From: an uncultured Mycoplasmatota bacterium
GTDB lineage: Bacteria > Bacillota_I > Bacilli_A > RF39 > UBA660
Length of the DNA stretch: 64,000 bases
Reading direction: 5' to 3'
Assembly: GCA_900553395.1 (NCBI GenBank)
Contig: USDJ01000005.1
Coordinates: forward strand, 10,489 to 74,488
Shown here piece after piece: positions 40,994 through 49,416 of the stretch (within the stretch, counting starts at the first letter, position 1; every line of letters begins with the position of its first letter). The notes beneath the pieces are model-generated. The model was not told where the DNA came from. It searched no databases and was given only the letters and a program-made list of their open reading frames with translations. The position numbers and the translations under genes are program-made.

Positions 40994-42517
40994 TTATCTA
41001 CTTTTAGCTGGCTTTTCAACTTCAATTTCTTCTTCATCTGATTTTTCTTTTTTTCTTGATAATAAATTTTCCTTTATTCTTTTTAACCAACCTTTTCTTT
41101 TCTCTGAAAATAGTTGCTCTAAATTTTCTTTTACATCAGATACAGAAACATACTCTCCATTATCTACATAATCATATTCACTTAATCGTAAATTTGATGA
41201 TAGTTCAGCGTACATTGATGGAATTCCATTTTTATAAGCATTTTCTTTTCCTATTACTCTTCTAACATCAGTTTCAGTTATTTTTTTATTTTTTAATAAC
41301 TCTATTATACTGCAAAGTTTAAACGTTCTTTTTAACTTTCTAAGAGCTTTTTTGCTTAGTGATAACTTTTCATCTGTTTCTTTTACATAATAAATCTTTC
41401 CCTTATTCTTTTTATAATAATCTTGTAAAGCCTTATTAAAATCTTTTCTATTTACATATTCACCATTTGGAAGAACTATTTCTTCTTCACCGACTTTTAA
41501 ATCGATTACTGCTTGAGGTAGTACTTCACCATCTATAACTGTAGATAAAGTCCTTTTTGTAGCATCTTTTCTAGGTGACAACTTTATAGTTTGAATTTCA
41601 TCTACTCCAGACATTATGTCTTCATACACTTGATTTATTAAAGCATTAGAATTATCAACTATAACATCAGCCAAATCCTCAGATACAGGCACTGGTTTTG
41701 GATCTTTCTTTGGATCAGTTGGTTTTACTGGAGCTGTTGGATCCTTTGGATCTTTCTTTTCTGGATCCTTCGCTGGAGATGGTGCAGGTGCTGGAGTTGG
41801 CTCCGGAGTTGGTGCAGGTACTGGAGTTGGTGCTGAAGTTTTTTCTCTTTCAGCCTTTCTCTTCTCATAATAGTCTTTCTCCCATGGTGTTAATGTTTGA
41901 AGGGTTTCTGGCCCACCAACTTCTAACAACACTCTTGGTGATGTTTTTACTATTTTTTCATATTCCTCTAGCTTTTGCATATCTAGTTTTAATCTAGATA
42001 ACCTATCTGCACAAGCTTGGCTTCTTTCAGATAATGCCTTATATTTATTTCTAGAATGCTCAGTTATATTATGGTTTTCATCGTACTCATACTTAAAAGC
42101 TCTAAGTGAATGTAATGCTACTTGAAATCTTATATCTGCTTCCTCTATATCAAATTCTAGGCGTTTTTTTTCTTGATAAATAATTTTTCTATACTTGTCT
42201 TGAGTCTCACCTAATTCGTATAAATATACATTTGTATAATCTGGCGTATTATTAATCTCATCTTGTAAAGCTTTTTCTTTTGCTAAATATGCATTTTCTA
42301 AATCTCTCTTAACAATTTCTCTATAATTTGGATTAGGTAATGAAGATGTATTCTCAGATACATACTCTCTTAAGTATTCCTCTATCTCAGATTCTTTATT
42401 AGCTTTTAATCTTTCCAATTGTAATCTTAAGTGAGTGACCTTACCATTTCTCTCTTTTTTTAACTCATCTATTTTATCCATAAATGGTTTCATTAATTCA
42501 TCTATTCTATTTTTCAT
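40994..42517 (-). CDS. Unknown modular protein A (507 aa): coiled-coil N-domain, Pro-rich linker, soluble basic C-terminal module
   Basis: Clean ORF. Residues 1-227 are paralogous to the N-terminus of the 47701-49359 product. The linker is 'APTPVPAPTPEPTPAPAPSPAKDPEKKDPKDPTAPVKPTDPKKDPKP'. No family recognised. Confidence 0.7.
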   Translation of the reverse strand: MKNRIDELMKPFMDKIDELKKERNGKVTHLRLQLERLKANKESEIEEYLREYVSENTSSLPNPNYREIVKRDLENAYLAKEKALQDEINNTPDYTNVYLYELGETQDKYRKIIYQEKKRLEFDIEEADIRFQVALHSLRAFKYEYDENHNITEHSRNKYKALSERSQACADRLSRLKLDMQKLEEYEKIVKTSPRVLLEVGGPETLQTLTPWEKDYYEKRKAEREKTSAPTPVPAPTPEPTPAPAPSPAKDPEKKDPKDPTAPVKPTDPKKDPKPVPVSEDLADVIVDNSNALINQVYEDIMSGVDEIQTIKLSPRKDATKRTLSTVIDGEVLPQAVIDLKVGEEEIVLPNGEYVNRKDFNKALQDYYKKNKGKIYYVKETDEKLSLSKKALRKLKRTFKLCSIIELLKNKKITETDVRRVIGKENAYKNGIPSMYAELSSNLRLSEYDYVDNGEYVSVSDVKENLEQLFSEKRKGWLKRIKENLLSRKKEKSDEEEIEVEKPAKSR

Positions 42518-42565
42518 ATATTCCCCTCCATAAAATTAGTGTCTATAGTAGCACATTTTTTTATT

Positions 42566-42811
42566 TTAGTCAATTTCATCATCATCTGAAGAATTAAGAG
42601 CAAATTGACTCAAAACATAATCTAGTTCGTTATTGTCTTTAACTTCTTCTAGTATTATTTTATCTTCTTTTACTTTTTCCACTGCTATCATTATTTCAAG
42701 TGGTTTTGAATTCGTTATTAAATAAACATAATTAACATTATGAAAATTTAATTTATCTACTATAATGTACTCCTTACTATCATCCAACTTAACTATTTGT
42801 CCTATATTCAT
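42566..42811 (-). CDS. Small acidic protein (81 aa), DUF1292-like pattern
   Basis: 'IVKLDDSKEYIIVDKL…NYVYLIT…IILEEVKDNNELDYVLSQF' with a C-terminal 'SSDDDEID'. The resemblance to DUF1292/UPF0473 is judged by eye only. Confidence 0.45.
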   Translation of the reverse strand: MNIGQIVKLDDSKEYIIVDKLNFHNVNYVYLITNSKPLEIMIAVEKVKEDKIILEEVKDNNELDYVLSQFALNSSDDDEID

Positions 42812-42829
42812 ATTATTAATCCCTTTCTA

Positions 42830-43198
42830 TCAATCAACATATTCACAATCTAGTGAATAATCTTTTAAAACTATAAATTTTAATTTATCGTACTCTATAG
42901 ATTTATTAGTATTTGGATTTGTTTCTTTTTTTAAAGCTCCATAACTAATTAAATCGCTTACATTTATTTCTATTACAGTCCCTATAATAGATAGTTCTTT
43001 ATATTCATCCATATTAGAATATATATACGATTTTCCAGCTAAGCAAGCATTACTTACCAATGTTGTATATTTTTTCTCTTCATCATCTTTAGCAGACTTA
43101 AGAAGTGATGGAAAACTAACTAGAAAAATTGCTGCTAAAACTATAACTATAGCTAAAAGTTCTGTTAGTGTAAAACCTTTATTATTAATATTTTTCAT
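42830..43198 (-). CDS. Type IV pilin-like pseudopilin (prepilin N-terminal cleavage/methylation domain)
   Basis: 'MKNINNKG|FTLTELLAIVIVLAAIFLVSFPSLL'; about 122 aa from ATG 43198. Confidence 0.8.
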   Translation of the reverse strand: MKNINNKGFTLTELLAIVIVLAAIFLVSFPSLLKSAKDDEEKKYTTLVSNACLAGKSYIYSNMDEYKELSIIGTVIEINVSDLISYGALKKETNPNTNKSIEYDKLKFIVLKDYSLDCEYVD

Positions 43199-43218
43199 AG
43201 CATCACCAGTATAATTAA

Positions 43219-43247
43219 ATTTTAGCACAAAATTTAAAAATAAACAA
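43219..43247 (-). promoter_or_regulatory. Candidate sigma-A promoter for the pseudopilin operon
   Basis: Minus strand reads TTGTTT, a 17-nt spacer ending in TGC, then TAAAAT (extended -10 type). Read by eye. Confidence 0.35.
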
Positions 43248-43275
43248 CAAAAAAAGATTAATATTCTTAATCTTT
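43246..43275 (-). terminator. efp terminator
   Basis: Minus strand reads AAGATTAA-GAATA-TTAATCTT followed by TTTTTTGTTG; overlaps the efp stop. Confidence 0.65.
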
Positions 43276-43831
43276 AAGCTCTTGATGCGTATTTACCATC
43301 TGCAGTATATACTGATACAACTTCTCCTTGTTCAATAAATAAAGGAACCCTTACTACTAGTCCTGTTTCTAATGTTGCATCTTTTGTTGCATTGTTAGTA
43401 GTATTACCTTTTACAGCTGGTTCTGTTTTAACAACCTCTAAATCAACTTGAGCTGGTAATATAATACCAAGTAACTCTCCTTGATAGAAAGATATTAACA
43501 CATCTAATCCTTCTTTTAAATAATTAACGTTATCTCCTAATTGATCTTTTGATAATTCAATTTGTTCATAAGTTTCCATATTCATGAAATTATAAGAATC
43601 TCCATTGGCATATAAAAACTGCATTCCTACTTTTTCAACCATAGCTTTTTCAAGTTTTACACCTGAGTTAAATCTTTTTTCTACAATTGAACCTGTACGT
43701 AAGTTTTTAAGTTTTGCTTGAACAAATGCTGCACCTTTACCAGGCTTAACATGTGAAAATTCTAAAACTGTATAAATATTATCCTCAAAAAGGATTGTCA
43801 TTCCATTTTTAATATCATTTACGTTAAACAT
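43274..43831 (-). CDS. efp: Elongation factor P
   Basis: 'FSHVKPGKGAAFVQAKLKNLRTG'; 185 aa with three-domain EF-P layout. Confidence 0.97.
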   Translation of the reverse strand: MFNVNDIKNGMTILFEDNIYTVLEFSHVKPGKGAAFVQAKLKNLRTGSIVEKRFNSGVKLEKAMVEKVGMQFLYANGDSYNFMNMETYEQIELSKDQLGDNVNYLKEGLDVLISFYQGELLGIILPAQVDLEVVKTEPAVKGNTTNNATKDATLETGLVVRVPLFIEQGEVVSVYTADGKYASRA

Positions 43832-43851
43832 ATTTTCCTCCTTTTTGAATA

Positions 43852-44019
43852 TTATTTAGTTTCTTTATGAAGCGTACTTTTTTTACACTTTGGACAGTAT
43901 TTATTTAATTCTAAACGCTCAGTAGTATTCTTTTTATTTTTTTCAGTACGGAAATTTTGGTCTCCACATTCAGTACATTTAAGAGTTATTCTTTGTCTAG
44001 CTTCTCCTTTTTTTGCCAT
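43852..44019 (-). CDS. rpmG: 50S ribosomal protein L33
   Basis: '[44 protein letters not shown]'. The ORF-track N-terminus 'MKKGGET' is the translated AAAGGAGG RBS. Confidence 0.93.
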   Translation of the reverse strand: MAKKGEARQRITLKCTECGDQNFRTEKNKKNTTERLELNKYCPKCKKSTLHKETK

Positions 44020-44062
44020 AGTTTCTCCTCCTTTTTTCAATATTCCAATATATTATAGCAAA

Positions 44063-46135
44063 TTATCCATAAATTTCAAAGTATTTTTGACTAACTTTTT
44101 GACTAATTCTCTTATTTATATGACTCATATCAATATAAGATGTACTTTCTAAAGCTACATCTGGAGAAATTACTGTAAATACCACTTCTGGATTATCATA
44201 TGGAGCATATCCTGAAAAAGTAGCTGTTGTAGTAGCTGTATCTATAACTCCATCACCATTTGTGTCAAGAAAACTTTGAGCAGTTCCCGTTTTACCAGCA
44301 GGATTATGAGAAAAATCTATATATCCACTTCCTGTACCACCATAATTTAAAACTTGTCTAAATCCTTCTTTAACTCTATCAATATATTTAGAATCAGTAG
44401 AAACTTTATTTAAAACTTTAGGTTCAGCTTCATATATAAATTTTGAAAATTCTCCTTCACTAGAATCAAATACTGCTTTAAGTAGGTATGGCTTCATTCT
44501 ATTTCCATCGTTTGCTATAGTTGACATATATTGAGCTATTTGAATAGGTGTATATGTATCGTATTGCCCAATTGAAAAATCTAGTAGTAATCCTGATAAT
44601 CTGTTTTCACCTTTATATCCTAATGATTCATTAGGTAAATCAATTCCTGTCTTTACTCCCAAGCCAAATTCGGCAAAAGTAGATCTATATATATCAAATG
44701 CCTTTTCATCTATTACAAGAGGTTTATTATATTCATATTTCCCTCCACCTACTTTAATCGCAGTATAAAACTGATAAACATTAGAGGAATATTTAAGTGC
44801 AGCAAGGTCATCTATGTATCCATAATCAAATAAAGAGCATTTAATTGGAGTCGCTGCTATTTTTATACAAGAATCATATCTTACTTCACCTATTTGAAGT
44901 GCACCAGTATTATATCCAACTATATGTGAAGCACCTTTTACTATAGATCCTGGAGTAACCGATGAGGTAACAACACCAGGAGTATAATCAAATATAGTAT
45001 AGCTTCCATCATCGTTTACTTTTATTTGTTTTCCAGCCATAGCTAGTATTTCTCCAGTTTTAGGATTATTTACTATTACGTATGCTTTATCAAAATAATC
45101 TGTAAATCTTTCTTGTTTAGCAATAACTAGTTCTTCTTCTAAGATATGCTCAACTTCCTTTTGTAATTCAATATCAATAGTAAGGACTATATCATTACCT
45201 CTAGTTCCCTTTTTTAATTCGGTATGACTACTATCATCATTTATTTGGTATACTGCTTTATTTCCTTTTAGATAATCTTCATATTGAAACTCTAAATAGC
45301 TTGTACCTACTCTATCTGTTAGGCTATAGCCTTTCTTTAAATATTCCTCTTTTAAATTATACGGAATACCACTAGTACTAGACGATACACTCCCTAATAT
45401 AGTTTTAAAAACTGTTCCATATGGATAATATCTATCCCAATCAAGTTTTACATCAACACCTTTTAATTTATCTATATTCTCTGCTATTTTAGCATATTCT
45501 TCATCAGTAACATTTACATTTTTTATTATCTTTTCTGTATAGTAATAACCTTTATTCATTAAATTATATATATAGCACGCCTCATAATCTAAATCACTAT
45601 ATTGGGCAAGCTCCTCATCAGTTACTCTTTCTATTTTATACTTTTCTATTTCTTCACTAGTTATTTTTCTATTTTTTAAACTTTCTTTTTCCTTGTTAGT
45701 TATTTTTTTTGATGCCTCACTAGGGTTGTTTAAAACCCAAAACTTTCTTAACATAGTATCAGTTAATTTAGAATAATCAACATTTATATAATTAGCTAAA
45801 CTATATGCAAGTTTAATTTCTTCCTTGGCTGTTATATTAACTGGCTTTTTATAATATATAGTCTTAACCGAAATATTATCTACTATTATATTTCCATTTC
45901 TATCATATATTCTACCTCTAGGCGTAGAATCTCCTTCAACAATATTTACAGTCAGCTTTGAAAGATGACTAGTATAGTATTTATTTTTGATTATTTGAAT
46001 ATAAAATAATTTAGATGTTAATATCGCCATAACACCAATTATAAATATTACTAATATTTTATATCTTTTTTCAATTATTTCCTCTATATTTACTCTTTTT
46101 TCATGGTATTTATATTTGTTTATTTTCTTTTTCAT
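44063..46135 (-). CDS. Class B penicillin-binding protein (PBP2/SpoVD/FtsI-like transpeptidase)
   Basis: N-terminal TM anchor, then transpeptidase motifs S-I-V-K ('GSIVKGAS'), 'SSN' ('YSSNVY') and 'KTG' ('GKTGTAQ'). Confidence 0.9.
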   Translation of the reverse strand: MKKKINKYKYHEKRVNIEEIIEKRYKILVIFIIGVMAILTSKLFYIQIIKNKYYTSHLSKLTVNIVEGDSTPRGRIYDRNGNIIVDNISVKTIYYKKPVNITAKEEIKLAYSLANYINVDYSKLTDTMLRKFWVLNNPSEASKKITNKEKESLKNRKITSEEIEKYKIERVTDEELAQYSDLDYEACYIYNLMNKGYYYTEKIIKNVNVTDEEYAKIAENIDKLKGVDVKLDWDRYYPYGTVFKTILGSVSSSTSGIPYNLKEEYLKKGYSLTDRVGTSYLEFQYEDYLKGNKAVYQINDDSSHTELKKGTRGNDIVLTIDIELQKEVEHILEEELVIAKQERFTDYFDKAYVIVNNPKTGEILAMAGKQIKVNDDGSYTIFDYTPGVVTSSVTPGSIVKGASHIVGYNTGALQIGEVRYDSCIKIAATPIKCSLFDYGYIDDLAALKYSSNVYQFYTAIKVGGGKYEYNKPLVIDEKAFDIYRSTFAEFGLGVKTGIDLPNESLGYKGENRLSGLLLDFSIGQYDTYTPIQIAQYMSTIANDGNRMKPYLLKAVFDSSEGEFSKFIYEAEPKVLNKVSTDSKYIDRVKEGFRQVLNYGGTGSGYIDFSHNPAGKTGTAQSFLDTNGDGVIDTATTTATFSGYAPYDNPEVVFTVISPDVALESTSYIDMSHINKRISQKVSQKYFEIYG

Positions 46136-46247
46136 TGTATATTATATTTAATTGAAAAAAGTAAAAATATGTTTTTAACATTTAAATCACCTACTATTAT
46201 TTTATTCATTATTATTTTATTTACTCATATATTATAATGGTGAATAT

Positions 46248-46508
46248 ATGAAAGGTTTAATCAAAAATTATATAGATTTATTATCGATAGATAAGCTAAA
46301 GAGTTTTGCTTTAAAAAACGATATAAACTTAAATGAAGAACAACTAGAATATATATTAAATTTAACTAAAAACAGTTGGGAAGATATACTTATTAACGAT
46401 GATAAATACTTCAAACTATTACAAGACAAAATTGATCAGTCTAATTTAGATAAAATTAGAGAATTATTTTTATATTACAAAAACAGATATAAAGGATATT
46501 TAATTTAA
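46248..46508 (+). CDS. Small hypothetical protein (86 aa), possibly DUF2624/YqfT-like
   Basis: Lies next to nfo, as yqfT lies next to yqfS in B. subtilis. Helical, 'LSIDKLKSFALKNDINLNEEQLEYIL'. The assignment is weak. Confidence 0.4.
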   Translation: MKGLIKNYIDLLSIDKLKSFALKNDINLNEEQLEYILNLTKNSWEDILINDDKYFKLLQDKIDQSNLDKIRELFLYYKNRYKGYLI

Positions 46509-47372
46509 GACATCTGAAATTAGATTAGAATTAAACTTCTTGGATTTTATCATAGCAATTTCTTGTTTGTAAGGAGCACATCCTTCTATAAAAGGTGTTT
46601 CTAATATTTTAGGAATATCTTTTATTTTTTCATGATAAATAATATTAATTAATGTATCAAATCCTATAGTCCCATATCCTATATTTTCATGCCTATCTTT
46701 CCTAGCACCGATCTCATTTTTAGAATCATTTATATGTATAACTTTTAGAAAATTTAAACCGATTTTCTCATCGAACTCACTTAATAATTGATCAAAATTT
46801 CTTACATCATATCCAGCATCATTTAAATGGCAAGTATCAAAACATACTCCAATATTTTCTTTATGTTTTATTCCATCTATAATTGATTTTAATTCATCAA
46901 AATTGCGACCGATTTCTGTACCTTTTCCTGCCATTGTTTCTAAACATATAACAACTCTTGTATCATCACCTATTGCCATATTTAAAGAATCTACAATATT
47001 TTTTATCCCCTTTAAAACTCCTAGTCCCACATGGCTTCCGGGATGCAATACTACACTTTTTATTCCTAATTTAGAAGCCCTATCTATTTCTTCTTTTAAA
47101 AATCTAACATTAAAGTCAAAGTTTTTATCATTAGCCAAATTTATTATATAGGGAGCATGTATTACTACATTATTTATATCAATACTATTTTCATTCATAA
47201 TTTCAATAGCTTCTTTTGTCAACGTATCATTTATTGGCACTCTAACTGTGTTTTGTGGTGCTCCTGTATAAAACATAAAACAATTTGAACCATACCCTAG
47301 AGCACTTTCAACACTTCCTTTAAGCTGTGTTTCCTTATTAAATTGCACGTGTGAACCTATTATTAAACTCAT
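46500..47372 (-). CDS. nfo: Endonuclease IV (AP endonuclease family 2)
   Basis: 'IHAPYIINLA', 'VLHPGSH', 'LETMAGKG', 'CFDTCH', 'IHINDS'. ATG 47372 follows AGGTG. Confidence 0.93.
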   Translation of the reverse strand: MSLIIGSHVQFNKETQLKGSVESALGYGSNCFMFYTGAPQNTVRVPINDTLTKEAIEIMNENSIDINNVVIHAPYIINLANDKNFDFNVRFLKEEIDRASKLGIKSVVLHPGSHVGLGVLKGIKNIVDSLNMAIGDDTRVVICLETMAGKGTEIGRNFDELKSIIDGIKHKENIGVCFDTCHLNDAGYDVRNFDQLLSEFDEKIGLNFLKVIHINDSKNEIGARKDRHENIGYGTIGFDTLINIIYHEKIKDIPKILETPFIEGCAPYKQEIAMIKSKKFNSNLISDVLN

Positions 47373-47394
47373 TTTAATCACCTATATTAGTATA

Positions 47395-47425
47395 ACAAAA
47401 AAACATATTATTTAAAATATGTTTT
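47395..47425 (-). terminator. Terminator closing the four-gene unknown cassette
   Basis: Minus strand reads AAACATAT-TTTAAATA-ATATGTTT followed by TTTTGTT. Confidence 0.65.
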
Positions 47426-47431
47426 TAAATT

Positions 47432-47686
47432 TTATTCTCCATATTCATCATTATATTGAATCTTATAATCTTCTATTAACTCATTTAAAATGACTGGATT
47501 ATTTATTTTCTGGCAATAAGTTTTACCATCTTTTACAATTTCTTTTAATACAGCATAATCATTAGTTGGTTCTCCATTTGAATCTAATAGTACTGATAGA
47601 AAATAATTTTCTTCTGTAAGTTCACTGTTCAATAACAATAAATAATTTTTATTATTAGCTAGCGTAACAACTTCATCAACCCTCAT
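47432..47686 (-). CDS. Small acidic protein (84 aa), DUF1292-like pattern
   Basis: 'VVTLANNKNYLLLLNSELTEENYFLSVLLD…YAVLKEIVKDGKTY…NNPVILNELIEDY', acidic C-terminus; starts 14 nt after the 552-aa gene. Confidence 0.45.
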   Translation of the reverse strand: MRVDEVVTLANNKNYLLLLNSELTEENYFLSVLLDSNGEPTNDYAVLKEIVKDGKTYCQKINNPVILNELIEDYKIQYNDEYGE

Positions 47687-47700
47687 AATAATATTCCTTT

Positions 47701-49359
47701 CTACATAGCATGTGAATGTCTTAACTCTTCTTCAGGTTCCTCTACTGGACTATTTTTAGTTTCTGGTTTAACTTTTGCTTTTGACTTGTCCATTTTTTTG
47801 GCAAAAGAGTTTAATTTTCTAAATAAAATCTTTTTCTCATCGTCGTTTAATTTTTCACTAGACTGTATTTGTTCAAACAAAATCTCAAAAGATTGATCAT
47901 TTTCAGGATCATTAAAATTAAAATCTTTTTTAAACATTTTTATTTTATTATTAATTCTTTTATATTCATCTGATCTTTTTGGTATTAATAATCCTGTTCC
48001 TAACGCACCAAGACCTCCAAGCCCGGTACCTAAAGTTAATTTTGTTAATAATGCTGCTGTGGCTTGGGCTGAACCTGCTTTTATTGCAGCTGCTTTAGCT
48101 GCTGTTGGAAGAACTTTTCCCCCAATTGTCCAAATTCCAGTATGTGCATTAAAACTAGCTGCTGCTCCAGTCATTGAAGATATTGTATTAGCTAGTGCTG
48201 TGTTAGCACCATGAAGAGCTACCTTTTCACCAGCCGCCGCGGCGTGCCACATACTACCATTAGATAGCATCTGAGAAAATAATCCTGCTGTTTGAGTAGC
48301 CTTTGCTGATGCTACTAGCGCTGGCAATAATTGTGTAATTAATACGACAGTTGCTACTGCTAATGCAGTTATACCTATAGCTATTAAAATTTGTTTCTTA
48401 TGATTTTTAATCCATTGCCATGGAGTAGTTTTTACAACTGCGACCGGCTCCTCATCTGGTTTTATCGGAACTGGAGTTGGTTCAGTTGGATCTTTCTTTT
48501 CTGGATCCTTCGCTGGATCTGATGGATCCACTGGATCTTTCTTTTCTGGATCGTCCACTGGAGTTGATGGGTCTGTTGGATCTTTCTTTTCTGGATTATC
48601 CACTGGAGCTGTTGGATCTGCTGGGTCTTTCTTTTCTGGATTATCCACTGGAGCTGTTGGAGTTGGCGCTGGAGATGGAGTTTGAATTTTATCTCTTTCA
48701 GCCTTTCTCCTCTCATAATAATTCCTTTCCCATGGCGTTAATGTTTGAAGTGTTTCTGGTCCACCAACTTCTAACAACACTCTTGGTGATGTTTTTACTA
48801 TTTTTTCATATTCCTCTAATTTTTGCATATCTAGTCTTAACTCAGCTAACTTATCTTTAATTGCGTTACTTTTGTCAAATAATGCTTTATACTCTTTACC
48901 ATTAGTTACATTGTGATTTGCATCATACTCATACTTAAAGCCCCTCATCTGATGCATAACATTTTCGAACTCTAGTTCAACTTCTTCTATTCTAAATTTT
49001 AAATGTTCCTTGGCCTGATAAATAATTTTTCTATATTCGTCCTGAGCTTCACCTAATTCATATAAATATACATTTGTATAATCTGGTGTTTTATTAATCT
49101 CATCTTCTAAAGCTTTTTCCCTTGCTAAATATTCATTTTCCAAATCTCTCTTTTGAATATCTCTATAATTTGGATTTGGCCATTGAGCAGGATTTTCAGG
49201 AACAACTTCTTTCAAATATTCTTCTATTTCAGATTCCTTATTATTTCTTAATTTTTCTAATTGTAACTTTAGGCCTCTAGTTTGATTGTTTCTTTCTTTT
49301 TTTAACTCGGCTAATTTATCCATAAATGGTTTCATTAATTCATCTACTACACTATTCAT
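47701..49359 (-). CDS. Unknown modular protein B (552 aa): coiled-coil N-domain, PEKKDP repeats, TM plus Ala/Gly-rich membrane module, charged tail
   Basis: N-domain paralogous to the 40994-42517 product. Followed by 'PVDNPEKKDP' repeats, the TM segment 'ILIAIGITALAVATVVLITQLLPALVASA', and the Gly-zipper-like 'LTLGTGLGGLGALGTGLLIP'. AGGAG RBS 8 nt before ATG 49359. Confidence 0.7.
   Translation of the reverse strand: MNSVVDELMKPFMDKLAELKKERNNQTRGLKLQLEKLRNNKESEIEEYLKEVVPENPAQWPNPNYRDIQKRDLENEYLAREKALEDEINKTPDYTNVYLYELGEAQDEYRKIIYQAKEHLKFRIEEVELEFENVMHQMRGFKYEYDANHNVTNGKEYKALFDKSNAIKDKLAELRLDMQKLEEYEKIVKTSPRVLLEVGGPETLQTLTPWERNYYERRKAERDKIQTPSPAPTPTAPVDNPEKKDPADPTAPVDNPEKKDPTDPSTPVDDPEKKDPVDPSDPAKDPEKKDPTEPTPVPIKPDEEPVAVVKTTPWQWIKNHKKQILIAIGITALAVATVVLITQLLPALVASAKATQTAGLFSQMLSNGSMWHAAAAGEKVALHGANTALANTISSMTGAAASFNAHTGIWTIGGKVLPTAAKAAAIKAGSAQATAALLTKLTLGTGLGGLGALGTGLLIPKRSDEYKRINNKIKMFKKDFNFNDPENDQSFEILFEQIQSSEKLNDDEKKILFRKLNSFAKKMDKSKAKVKPETKNSPVEEPEEELRHSHAM
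48481..48654 (-). repeat. In-frame tandem repeats (about 42 nt / 14 aa) encoding the DPEKKDP-x-DP-x-x-PV linker
   Basis: 'ggatctttcttttctgga' recurs four times. Protein reads 'PVDNPEKKDPADPTA PVDNPEKKDPTDPST PVDDPEKKDPVDPSD PAKDPEKKDPTEP'. Confidence 0.85.
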
Positions 49360-49416
49360 TTCAACCACTCCTCACTAATCTACATAATATCATAAAAACA
49401 TAAATTTGGCAAATTA

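Noticed and set aside
48462-48860. An 84-aa minus-strand ORF and a 127-aa plus-strand ORF over the PEKKDP repeat region. A similar 99-aa ORF lies at 41698-41997.
   Set aside because: They are alternative-frame read-throughs of the tandem repeat ('QLQWIIQKRK…', 'LDLSFLD…'). The frame giving the Pro-rich linker is continuous with conserved domains on both sides.
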